From a virus, in the IMG/VR virus record IMGVR_UViG_3300045993_000388, positions 1 through 43,139 of that record: a stretch of DNA of 43,139 nt; one strand, given 5' to 3'. Positions 6,992-15,206 of the stretch are shown one piece after another. The notes beneath the pieces were generated by a model. It made no database searches. It saw only the letters and a program-made list of their open reading frames with translations, and was not told the DNA's origin. Position numbers and translations under genes: made by a program. Position 1 is the first letter of the stretch. Each line of letters starts with the position of its first letter.

Positions 6992-7837
6992 ATGCAACTT
7001 AGAAAAGCAACCCGAAAAAAAGCAAAAATTAGATTGGGGTTATCTGCAGTAAGTGGTGGCGGTAAAACCTACAGTGCCATTCTAATCGCTAAAGGACTCT
7101 GCGGCGGCGATCTTTCAAAGGTGGCCGTTATCGACACGGAAAACAACAGCGCAGACCTTTACGCACACCTTGGGGATTACAACGTTCTACCATTAGCCCC
7201 ACCCTTTGCCCCTGAAAACTACATCAAAGCGGTTAAGGCCTGCGAAGCTGCAGGAATGGAAGTGATCATCATCGACAGCATCACCCACGAATGGGATGGC
7301 AAAGGCGGATGTTTAGAAATCATGGACAGCCTTGGCGGTAAGTACCAGGATTGGGCAAAAGTTACCCCACGTCACAATGCATTCATTGAAGCCCTATTGG
7401 CATCCAAATGCCACATCATTACAACGGTGCGCCGCAAGCAGGATTACGAAATGACAAAGGGCAACGACGGGAAGGTGAAGGTTGAAAAGGCTGGTTTAAA
7501 AGAAATCACCCGCGAAGGATTTGAATATGAGTTAACCGTAAACCTTCAGCTTGATCAGAACCACAACGCACTGCCCAGCAAGGACAGAACAAACCTATTT
7601 GCTGGCAGACCTTCTTTTATACCTTCGGAAGAAACAGGTGCCATGATATTGGATTGGTGCGAAAGCGGTATTGAAGCGGTGGATCCGGTAAGTGACGCAG
7701 TAATGAAACTCGCAGCTTGTGACACGGTGGAAGAATTAAAACTGCTAAAGGAAATATTGCCGGAAGAAGTGGTGAAAAGCCCAAACTTCCAGGCGGCCGC
7801 CAAGTTAAGATTTGCAGAAGTGAGCAAGGCCGCATAA
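6992..7837 (+). CDS. Sak4-like / AAA_24-family P-loop ATPase (recombination or replication)
   Basis: 281 aa. Walker A in LGLSAVSGGGKTYSAI and Walker B-like VIIIDSITHEWDG. Size and layout are typical of phage AAA_24 (Sak4-like) proteins. Confidence 0.65.
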   Translation: MQLRKATRKKAKIRLGLSAVSGGGKTYSAILIAKGLCGGDLSKVAVIDTENNSADLYAHLGDYNVLPLAPPFAPENYIKAVKACEAAGMEVIIIDSITHEWDGKGGCLEIMDSLGGKYQDWAKVTPRHNAFIEALLASKCHIITTVRRKQDYEMTKGNDGKVKVEKAGLKEITREGFEYELTVNLQLDQNHNALPSKDRTNLFAGRPSFIPSEETGAMILDWCESGIEAVDPVSDAVMKLAACDTVEELKLLKEILPEEVVKSPNFQAAAKLRFAEVSKAA

Positions 7838-8014
7838 CCCTTTATAATCACCGACCATTGGGTGATGCGAAGCGGCCATTGATTACCAACCTAGGTTTTA
7901 AAACCCTGCTTGAATCGATAAGAACGGACGCCGAAGCATTACCCAATGTTTTACAACTTTTTACATTAGAATCCTATCAATTAAAAATGGCGCAAAGCCT
8001 ACAAAACGAACATC

Positions 8015-8497
8015 ATGGAATTATTAACGACAAACGCACTTAGCCTTTTTGAAACAACAAAGGAAGCGCGTGCAGAATTTGTAGATCAAATTATTGAGCA
8101 AGTACAGGACGGGAAACTTGACCCTATCAAAGTGCATTTGCAACTGAAATGTGCGGAAGATATCATCAAGCAGATCACCGGCAACGATTGCTTCAAAAAG
8201 AACTTAATGGACGACTGCGACAAGCAGGGTGGTAAATCCTTTATGTACCAAAACGCAAAGTTTGAACGTAAAGAAGTGGGTGTTAAATATGATTACAGCC
8301 AATGCAACGATGCGAAGCTGGCGGAACTGGAAGCTGAATTAGCACAGATTACCGAATCAGTAAAGGCACGCCAGGCACTATTGAAAAACGCGCCACAAAG
8401 CGGCCTGATCGTAACGGATCCGGAAAGCGGCGAAACATACACTGTTTACCCACCATCGAAATCTTCCACCACATCAATTGCTGTAACCCTTAAATAA
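8015..8497 (+). CDS. Hypothetical protein (helical, possibly Gp157-like partner of Sak4)
   Basis: 160-aa ORF. First in-frame ATG after the stop at 7982-7984. The Gp157-like idea rests only on size, helical character and adjacency to Sak4. Confidence 0.45.
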   Translation: MELLTTNALSLFETTKEARAEFVDQIIEQVQDGKLDPIKVHLQLKCAEDIIKQITGNDCFKKNLMDDCDKQGGKSFMYQNAKFERKEVGVKYDYSQCNDAKLAELEAELAQITESVKARQALLKNAPQSGLIVTDPESGETYTVYPPSKSSTTSIAVTLK

Positions 8498-8502
8498 ATT
8501 TT

Positions 8503-8928
8503 ATGGAAAATTACGCATTCTTTATTAACGACACCCGGTACCCAACCCCGAAGATCAGCTTCGGAAAAGATACCTTCGGAAAAATAAACCAAGTGGTTTG
8601 CGATTACTACAATGTAACCCTGGAACAGCTTATTAGTAAAGACCGAACCAGGCCGGTAATATTTGCCCGACAATTGGCCATCGCACTGGCATACGTTAAC
8701 TGCGTCCACATGTCCTGCAAATACATTGGTGCTTTCTATGGTAAAAAAGACCACACCACGGTTTTACATTGCATCGATCAGCTAATCGATAAGAAGGATT
8801 CACCTTGCGACGATCCCCTTAAAATAGGCTATCACGACGTTGTTGCATTGCTTCCATTTGAATCCAAGGAAGTTAAAAAGCGGTACGACCACGCATACCC
8901 TAAAAAATCTGTTCATGGGCATGCCTAA
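8503..8928 (+). CDS. DnaA C-terminal (domain IV) helix-turn-helix protein
   Basis: 141 aa. ISKDRTRPVIFARQLAIALAYVN...YIGAFYGKKDHTTVLHCIDQL matches the DnaA domain IV signature (sk.R...i..aRqiamyL......IG..fg.rDHtTVlha). Confidence 0.7.
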   Translation: MENYAFFINDTRYPTPKISFGKDTFGKINQVVCDYYNVTLEQLISKDRTRPVIFARQLAIALAYVNCVHMSCKYIGAFYGKKDHTTVLHCIDQLIDKKDSPCDDPLKIGYHDVVALLPFESKEVKKRYDHAYPKKSVHGHA

Positions 8929-9112
8929 GAATGTCGACGGTAAAAACGGGAAGGAGTTGTCCGGAACCATCAAACTATACGATGGGCTGGACTTGAAAAA
9001 AACTTCCCGTTTTACTTACCGCGCACGCAGGCGTGAACTTCAAAAGAGATGGACGAATGACATAAAGCATTTACCTGGATATTTTTATTTTATAATCACC
9101 TTAGACAATTAA
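8915..9112 (+). CDS. Hypothetical small basic protein
   Basis: An in-frame ATG at 8915 (or 8921) minimises overlap with the upstream gene. Lys/Arg-rich. Confidence 0.4.
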   Translation: MGMPKNVDGKNGKELSGTIKLYDGLDLKKTSRFTYRARRRELQKRWTNDIKHLPGYFYFIITLDN

Positions 9113-9114
9113 TT

Positions 9115-9438
9115 ATGCTAACCTTATTTGATGCCTTAGAAACCGAAGAGTTCAAATGGTTTAGGGATTACCATGAGCAAAACCCGCAGATTTATGAACT
9201 ATTCCGCCGGTACACACTGCGATCTATTGAACGGGGTTTCACCCACTTCAGCGCGGAGTTTATTTTCAACGTCCTAAGATGGGAAACAGCCGTGACCGCC
9301 GGTGACGACGACTTCAAGATCAACAACAACGCCAAGCCTTACTATTCCAGGCTATTTGAACGCGAGTTCCCACAATACGCAGGGTTCTTCCGCAAGCGCG
9401 CCAGCAAAGCTGACAGCCAATTCAAAGAAATTATGTAA
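9115..9438 (+). CDS. Hypothetical protein
   Basis: 107-aa ORF. No motif recognised. Confidence 0.5.
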   Translation: MLTLFDALETEEFKWFRDYHEQNPQIYELFRRYTLRSIERGFTHFSAEFIFNVLRWETAVTAGDDDFKINNNAKPYYSRLFEREFPQYAGFFRKRASKADSQFKEIM

Positions 9439-9468
9439 ATTTTTTCTTTATTTATGTAACTTATGTTA
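9431..9468 (+). repeat. Three TTATGT(A/T)A direct repeats in the AT-rich region upstream of the replication gene
   Basis: TTATGTAA at 9431 and 9452; TTATGTTA at 9461. Confidence 0.5.
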
Positions 9469-9486
9469 TATTTGGTAGACAAACCA

Positions 9487-9501
9487 GTTGTACTATTGCG
9501 C
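9487..9501 (+). promoter_or_regulatory. Degenerate copy of the TTTGTACTA motif (GTTGTACTATTGCGC)
   Basis: Shares the TTGTACTA core with the motifs at 5313, 6256, 13585 and 16677. Confidence 0.25.
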
Positions 9502-9528
9502 GGTAAAACTGGATTAGTAATTTTTAAT

Positions 9529-9575
9529 GCCTTGACCGGCGGTGCGCAATACCAAAGGTCAGGGCTATTTTTTTT
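9529..9575 (+). terminator. Terminator-like hairpin in the leader of the replication gene
   Basis: 9-bp stem gccttgacc/ggtcagggc (one G-U pair), 19-nt loop, then ta plus T8. It lies between the promoter-like motif and the ATG at 9649. Confidence 0.4.
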
Positions 9576-9648
9576 ATGAAGCATCGAAACATAGTAACAT
9601 CCCCCCGGATGAGAACGATTAAGGCCAATGTGCAAAAGGGGCATCGCA

Positions 9649-10461
9649 ATGGCTAAACGATTCACGGATACTGAAAAATGGAAAAAGCCATTCATAAGAT
9701 CCATGCCAGGTGCTTATAAGCTCCTTTGGATTTACATATGCGATGATTGCGATCATGCTGGAGTTTGGCAGGTAGATATTGAAGTTGCCCAAATTAGATT
9801 AGGAGAAACAATCACTGAAAAATTAGCAATTGAAATTTTTGGCGATAAAATAAAAGTTTTTGATGGAGGTTCAAAATGGTTTATTCCTTCATTTATTGAG
9901 TTCCAATACCCTAGCGGATTAAGTGAAAACAACAAAGCCCATGCAGGCGTAATAAAAATTTTAGAAAAATATAAGTTATTAGAAAAAGAAATTAAGCCCC
10001 TTACAAGCCCCTTGCAAGGGGACAAGGAAATGGTTATGGATAAGGAAATGGATAAGGATGAGGAAATGGATAAGGAAGAACCTTATAAAAATTTCATTAT
10101 TCCGCAAATGACAAATTTTTGGTATCAATCATTCCCATTATACACAAAGGATTTGAAAAACGATTCGCACGGCATGGGTGTTATCCTAAACTTTATGACA
10201 AAGCAAGCTGGTGTTTTGGATATTACAGATGAATCCTTCCAATCTAAAATTTTAAACACCCTTCAGTTAATTGCAGATCAGGTTCAAAAAGAATCATTTT
10301 GGATAAATAAGCCGATTAAATCTATTGCAAACAACATCCAGGAATTCTACAACAAAATAAAAAATCCCTTACCAAATGGAAAACAACATAATAAAAACGG
10401 ACAATCACTCCGTGAGCAAGTACAAACAGAGTTTACTAAACGCTATGGAGTCGGGCAATAG
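9649..10461 (+). CDS. Putative replication initiation / replisome organiser protein (alternative start 9628)
   Basis: About 270 aa. The N-terminal W/C-rich domain (RFTDTEKWKKPFIRSMPGAYKLLWIYICDDCDHAGVW) resembles phage replication-organiser N-domains. It has an acidic DKEM repeat linker. The functional call is weak. Confidence 0.35.
   Translation: MAKRFTDTEKWKKPFIRSMPGAYKLLWIYICDDCDHAGVWQVDIEVAQIRLGETITEKLAIEIFGDKIKVFDGGSKWFIPSFIEFQYPSGLSENNKAHAGVIKILEKYKLLEKEIKPLTSPLQGDKEMVMDKEMDKDEEMDKEEPYKNFIIPQMTNFWYQSFPLYTKDLKNDSHGMGVILNFMTKQAGVLDITDESFQSKILNTLQLIADQVQKESFWINKPIKSIANNIQEFYNKIKNPLPNGKQHNKNGQSLREQVQTEFTKRYGVGQ
10021..10074 (+). repeat. Three tandem 18-bp units (GAyrAGGAAATGGnTAnG) inside the replication gene
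   Basis: gacaaggaaatggttatg / gataaggaaatggataag / gatgaggaaatggataag. They encode DKEMVMDKEMDKDEEMDK. Confidence 0.7.
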
Positions 10462-10987
10462 GCAGGAAATTAACCTAATACTTAAATCTTACAAACACCC
10501 CAGCGGATCCGTGAACTTCCAGGCATTGCTTCAAATACCATCCAATTGCCGGTTGCCTGAAATAGCAAAGGTTGATTACCTAAAGGCTGCTTCTATTGTA
10601 ACGGCTGGGATTACAATGGCAATGGAAAGCATGAACTTAAACAGGCCAATGACGGCGGCGCAAATAATGGATTTATCGGATGCCATTATCGAAACCTGCG
10701 GGGAAGATAACATTGCACTGGAAGATTTAATGCTATTCATGCAAAAGTTGACGCGCGGTGAATATGGGGTGTTGTACGAATCAATGGATATTCCCAAGTT
10801 TATGGAAAAGTTTGAATTGTACAGGGAAGAAAGGTTTCAATCACTCCGATCAATACGTGAAGAAGAACACGCGCAATACAGCGGATTAGGTGATAATACC
10901 AGAACAACGGCAGAAGATCAGTTAAGAACCGCGCTTGATAGTTTTGCAGGTAGTTTAGGAACGGTGAAGGATATGCGAGAAAAGTAA
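10445..10987 (+). CDS. Hypothetical protein (alternative start 10376)
   Basis: The ORF is open from 10376. The ATG at 10445 gives a 17-nt overlap with the upstream gene instead of 86 nt. Confidence 0.45.
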   Translation: MESGNRQEINLILKSYKHPSGSVNFQALLQIPSNCRLPEIAKVDYLKAASIVTAGITMAMESMNLNRPMTAAQIMDLSDAIIETCGEDNIALEDLMLFMQKLTRGEYGVLYESMDIPKFMEKFELYREERFQSLRSIREEEHAQYSGLGDNTRTTAEDQLRTALDSFAGSLGTVKDMREK

Positions 10988-11054
10988 TTTTAAGCCTATT
11001 TTAAGCCTGTAATATGTGTAACATTTATAACTTTATATATAAATTTTAATAAAA

Positions 11055-11792
11055 ATGGTACGAGTTTTTAATTTTTCAGGTGGCAGAACTTCTGCATACA
11101 TGGTTATAAAATATTGGCAACCCGGGGATCTGGTAATTTTTACCGATACAGGCCGTGAGCATCCTAAGACTTATAAATTTATTAATGACTTTGAAGCCTT
11201 TGAGGGAATACCTGTTATTAGAATATCGTTAAATATGTCACAGGATGCATTTGCCGAAATGCTAAAAAAGAAAAAATATAAAGCGATCCCTAACAGGGTA
11301 AAAAGATTCTGTACAATTGAACTGAAAGTTAAAACCTGCAAGCGCTATTTAAGGTCAGTCGGAATACAAACTTTTGAAAATTTCATAGGATTCAGAGCAG
11401 ATGAACCACATAGGATGAAAAATAAAATTTATTATAAAAAAGTAATAAATATGTACCCTTTGTTTCATGATGGGATAACAAAACCAATGATCTTGGATTA
11501 CTTCAGTAAAAAGCCTTATGACTTAGAAATACCACACATTTTAGGAAACTGCACCCTATGTTTTATGAAAGGGAAAAATGCTATTATAGCAATTCTGAGA
11601 GAATTTCCAGAATTAGCTGAGCCGTGGATTCAAGACGAAGCCGAAGCCCAAAAACATGGGAAGTTTGGTGGACACACATATTTTGAAAATGTTACTATTG
11701 AGCAGTTAAGAAATGCAGCTCAAAACAATCTTTTTAAAGGGTACGACCTAAATGAAGTGAAGCCAGCTTTCAACTGCGCTTGTAGTAACTAA
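11055..11792 (+). CDS. PAPS-reductase-like (PP-loop ATP pyrophosphatase superfamily) protein
   Basis: 245 aa. N-terminal PP-loop FNFSGGRTSAYM (SGGxDS type), RFCTIELK and a Cys pair GNCTLCFMKG. This matches phage phosphoadenosine-phosphosulfate-reductase-family proteins. Confidence 0.65.
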   Translation: MVRVFNFSGGRTSAYMVIKYWQPGDLVIFTDTGREHPKTYKFINDFEAFEGIPVIRISLNMSQDAFAEMLKKKKYKAIPNRVKRFCTIELKVKTCKRYLRSVGIQTFENFIGFRADEPHRMKNKIYYKKVINMYPLFHDGITKPMILDYFSKKPYDLEIPHILGNCTLCFMKGKNAIIAILREFPELAEPWIQDEAEAQKHGKFGGHTYFENVTIEQLRNAAQNNLFKGYDLNEVKPAFNCACSN

Positions 11793-11802
11793 AAAATATT
11801 TA

Positions 11803-12234
11803 ATGATCACCACGCGCATATATTTAGGAATTGACCCCGACACAGATAAATCAGGCATTGCCATTTGGGATGCGCAAGAAAAGAAGTTGTTGGAATGCCG
11901 GTCGGTTAATTTCTTTGAAGTGATGCATTTGCTGGACGTTGTGAAGGATCAGAAAGGAATGGCGCACATCGAATGCGGATGGTTGAACAGAAAAAGCAAC
12001 TTCCACAAAGCCCAGGGTGCCAACGTCCGAGAGAAGATTGCCAAGAACGTCGGTGCCTGCGAAACGATCAGCCACCTATTTATTCAGTATTGTGATCTGA
12101 ACAACATACGTTACCGGGCAATCAAGCCTTCCCGAAGCAAAGAGCAAAACAACGCGCTTTTTAGATTAGCGAAGTGGGAAGGTAGAACGAACCAGGACGC
12201 AAGGGACGCGGCCGCATTAGTATATGGATTTTAA
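11803..12234 (+). CDS. RuvC-like Holliday junction resolvase
   Basis: 143 aa. N-terminal IYLGIDPDTDKSGIAIW (RuvC catalytic Asp motif) and C-terminal NQDARDAAALVYG (second acidic motif). Confidence 0.6.
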   Translation: MITTRIYLGIDPDTDKSGIAIWDAQEKKLLECRSVNFFEVMHLLDVVKDQKGMAHIECGWLNRKSNFHKAQGANVREKIAKNVGACETISHLFIQYCDLNNIRYRAIKPSRSKEQNNALFRLAKWEGRTNQDARDAAALVYGF

Positions 12235-12245
12235 AACAAACACTT

Positions 12246-12365
12246 ATGATGCACTTCATCCAAAACCACCCTTGGGCAACCGCAATTGTAATTTATATTA
12301 TTCTATTTTACGGATTGATGTATTGGGTAACAAAGACTGCCCCATTGGATGAGAATGAAGATTAA
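12246..12365 (+). CDS. Possible small membrane protein
   Basis: Hand-translated 39 aa: MMHFIQNHPWATAIVIYIILFYGLMYWVTKTAPLDENED. Confidence 0.3.
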   Translation: MMHFIQNHPWATAIVIYIILFYGLMYWVTKTAPLDENED

Positions 12366-12384
12366 ATCAACAAAACAACTGTAT

Positions 12385-12819
12385 ATGAAACAACCCGTTA
12401 AAACAAAAGCCAAGCCAGCACTAACATTGGCGGCCGCAAAAAAACAAATCGCCATCCTGAAAGGGAAAGTAACCAAAATGGAAACCGCCGTCGATAATGC
12501 AAATGCGGATCGTGTGTATGCCATCCAACAACAAAAAGCAACGTCCGCATCCAGGGAGAAGCTGTACAATGAAATGAAAGCATTAAGGGAATCCTATGAT
12601 CACCTTTCAGATAAAAACAAAGAACTGGCGGATGTTTATCATAAGACTTGTAATGATTTTGTCAAATTTGCGAATCGTTATGAAAAGGACGCGGAACGTT
12701 TAAAATCCGACCTTAATAATGTGCAGCAGGTTTCCGATAATTGGAAGAAGGCATACAACGAACTTATAGAAGCACAATCCAATACATTTTGGAATCGATT
12801 AATAAAATGGATTAGTTAA
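12385..12819 (+). CDS. Coiled-coil hypothetical protein (alternative start 12349)
   Basis: Lys/Glu-rich helical ORF. The ATG at 12385 avoids overlap with the small upstream ORF. Confidence 0.5.
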   Translation: MKQPVKTKAKPALTLAAAKKQIAILKGKVTKMETAVDNANADRVYAIQQQKATSASREKLYNEMKALRESYDHLSDKNKELADVYHKTCNDFVKFANRYEKDAERLKSDLNNVQQVSDNWKKAYNELIEAQSNTFWNRLIKWIS

Positions 12820-12821
12820 TT

Positions 12822-13553
12822 ATGATTGAACTGTTAAATATTGACTGCATGGAGTATATGGCCGGGATCCCGAATAACTCATTCGACCTGGCCATTGTAG
12901 ACCCGCCTTATGGGATAAACGGTAATTCACACAGAAGAAATAAAATCCGTGGAAGGATGGCGAAATCAAATGATTACCACATGGCCTTATGGGATCAACC
13001 CATCCCAACCCAGGATTACTTTAAAGAACTGTTCCGGGTTTCAAAGAATCAGATCGTGTTCGGCGCTAATTATTTTGAGCAAATAGGGGAACCGCAGAAA
13101 TAACCCCGCAGGCAAGAATATCAACAGTTCATAAAAGACAACCCAACCGGATGGATCATTTGGGATAAGGTAAATGGAACCACAGGTTTCAACGACTGCG
13201 AGTTAATATGGACTTCCTTCAATATTGAATCCTTTATTTACAAATTTATGTGGAACGGATTCATGCAAGGAAAATCGATGAACCAGGGAGAAGTAATGAA
13301 CCCAATAAAAGAAAAAAACGAACGCCGCATTCATCCAACACAGAAACCAGTGGAACTGTACAGGTGGCTTTTGGATAAATACGCAACCCCGTGCTCTTTG
13401 GTATTAGACACCCATCTTGGGTCCGGAAGCAGCGCAATCGCTGCACATCGCAAAGGCACCATATATTTTACCGGGTGTGAATTAGACCCCATATATTACG
13501 CCGGTGCTAAAAAAAGATTTAAAGAACAGACCGCGCAGATCGCCGCATTCTAA
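12822..13553 (+). pseudogene. N6-adenine/N4-cytosine DNA methyltransferase (DPPY type) interrupted by one in-frame TAA at 13101-13103
   Basis: The track ORFs 12822-13103 and 13248-13553 are in the same frame, and the 144 nt between them has no other stop. Joined, the sequence carries IVDPPYGI, GWIIWDK, HPTQKP and DTHLGSGSS. Confidence 0.75.
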
Positions 13554-13584
13554 AAATGTTCCACATGAAACAAATTACTAAAAC

Positions 13585-13599
13585 TTTGTACTAACTTTA
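13585..13599 (+). promoter_or_regulatory. TTTGTACTAACTTTA promoter-like motif
   Basis: Copy of the recurrent motif, ending 4 nt upstream of the ATG at 13604. Confidence 0.3.
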
Positions 13600-13603
13600 T
13601 TTT

Positions 13604-14878
13604 ATGGCAAAACTCACTGAAATCAAAAGTGTAAAAATAGGTCAGATAAAATCCAACCCTAAAAACCCACGCGTCATCAAAGACGACAAATTTAAAAAGC
13701 TGGTTAAATCCCTGACCGAGTTTCCCGAAATGCTAGAAAAACGACCACTTATCTGTTTCACCGATACAGACAAAAAGCTGGTTGTACTTGGCGGGAACAT
13801 GCGACTGAAAGCAGCCCAGGAAATAGGACTGAAAGAACTGCCCGTTATGCTAGCAGACGATTGGACGGAAGAAAAGAAAAACGAATTCCTGATCAAAGAC
13901 AACGTTGGATTCGGTGAGTGGGATTGGGACGAACTGGCGAATGATTGGGATGTGGAACAGCTGACCGAATGGGGTTTAGATATTCCCGACTTCAAAGTGG
14001 AAGATGAAGCCCAAGAAGATGAATTCGATGGAATCACCCCAAAGGATCCCATAACTGTATTGGGCGACCTTTACGAAATAAATGAACACCGGTTGATTTG
14101 CGGTGATAGTACCCAAACAGACACCTTTGCAAAACTATTCGCTGGGCAAATGGCCGACATGGTTGTTACTGACCCACCCTACAATGTCAATTACCAAGGT
14201 GGTGATCGTACAGAACTTAAAAAACTGCACCGAAGAACAGATGGGCTTACTATTCAGAACGATCACATGGACGACGAATCTTTCTACCAATTCCTTTATG
14301 ACTTCTATACTGCCCTGGGAAGCTACACGAAAGCAGGCGGCGTTTGGTATGTTTGGCATGCCGATATGGAAACAGTTAATTTCAGAAAGGCAATGAAAGA
14401 TGCCGGTATTACCCCAAGACAAAACCTTATTTGGAAAAAGGATGTGATGGTTATGGGCAGACAAGACTATCATTGGCACCATGAGCCTTGTTTATATGGT
14501 TGGAAGGATGGTGGTGCGCACGGATGGTACAGCGACAGGAAACAAACAACAATATTAGAATTTGAACGTCCAAGGGTGAGCAAAGAACATCCCACTATGA
14601 AACCAGTGCCATTGATCGGGTACCAAATAGGCAACAGCAGCAAAACGGGTGATATTGTTGCCGACGCATTTGGCGGTTCAGGGACAACAATGGTTGCCTG
14701 CCAACAACTTCAAAGGAAAGGATATTTGGTGGAGTTTGACCCCAAATATTGCGATGTGATAGTTTCCAGGATGATCAAGTTAATGGCCGAAACGGGCAGC
14801 AGCTTAGTGATTAAAAGAAACGGGCAGCAGCTTAGTGATTCCGATACTCAAAAGTTCACTGAAAACACTACAAAGTAA
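13604..14878 (+). CDS. ParB-like nuclease domain fused to a DNA methyltransferase (N6/N4, DPPY type)
   Basis: 424 aa. ParB-N-like N-terminus (IKSNPKNPRVI...LVKSLTEF...GGNMRLKAA), then VVTDPPYNVNY, HPTMKPVPL and DAFGGSGTT. Confidence 0.85.
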   Translation: MAKLTEIKSVKIGQIKSNPKNPRVIKDDKFKKLVKSLTEFPEMLEKRPLICFTDTDKKLVVLGGNMRLKAAQEIGLKELPVMLADDWTEEKKNEFLIKDNVGFGEWDWDELANDWDVEQLTEWGLDIPDFKVEDEAQEDEFDGITPKDPITVLGDLYEINEHRLICGDSTQTDTFAKLFAGQMADMVVTDPPYNVNYQGGDRTELKKLHRRTDGLTIQNDHMDDESFYQFLYDFYTALGSYTKAGGVWYVWHADMETVNFRKAMKDAGITPRQNLIWKKDVMVMGRQDYHWHHEPCLYGWKDGGAHGWYSDRKQTTILEFERPRVSKEHPTMKPVPLIGYQIGNSSKTGDIVADAFGGSGTTMVACQQLQRKGYLVEFDPKYCDVIVSRMIKLMAETGSSLVIKRNGQQLSDSDTQKFTENTTK

Positions 14879-14882
14879 CCCT

Positions 14883-15206
14883 ATGAAAAACAGTGGGAAA
14901 ACAACCGTCCGAAAGGGGAAACCTGAAAACCTTGTTCCGTTCCCAAAAGGCAAGTCAGGAAACCCTAACGGCAGACCTAAGAAGCTGCCCCAATTGGACG
15001 TTCTAATGGCCGAAGTGCTGGGCGATGTTCGGGATGGGATGACTGCAGCCCAGGCCATCCTTTCCAAGTTGCGATCAAAGGCAATCGCCGGGGACGTAAG
15101 GGCAGCCGAAATACTAATGGACAGAGCATACGGAAAAGCAAAGCAGGAGTTGAATATAACCGAACGTACTATAATCGTGGAACACCCCGACGAAGATGAC
15201 GAATGA
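14883..15206 (+). CDS. Putative terminase small subunit
   Basis: 107 aa from the internal ATG at 14883. It has the basic GKSGNPNGRPKK motif common in small terminase-like (DUF5681-type) proteins. It sits immediately upstream of the large terminase gene and overlaps it. Confidence 0.45.
   Translation: MKNSGKTTVRKGKPENLVPFPKGKSGNPNGRPKKLPQLDVLMAEVLGDVRDGMTAAQAILSKLRSKAIAGDVRAAEILMDRAYGKAKQELNITERTIIVEHPDEDDE

Noticed and set aside
7858-8043. TTG-initiated 61-aa ORF in the gap after the Sak4-like gene
   Set aside because: It uses a non-ATG start, overlaps the next gene by 29 nt in another frame, and has no motif. The gap 7838-8014 may simply be non-coding. It was left unannotated.
10988-11054. 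Direct repeat ATTTTAAGCCT x2 and an AT-rich stretch before the PAPS-reductase-like gene, as an origin or mobile-element end
   Set aside because: There are only two short copies in a generally AT-rich promoter-like gap, with no matching repeat at the other side of the gene. It is more likely an ordinary promoter region.
13101-13103. Genome-wide stop-codon reassignment (as in some Bacteroidota phages) as the explanation for the in-frame TAA
   Set aside because: TAA, TAG and TGA all terminate other well-supported genes at the expected positions with coupled downstream starts. Only this one gene carries an internal stop, so global recoding is not supported.
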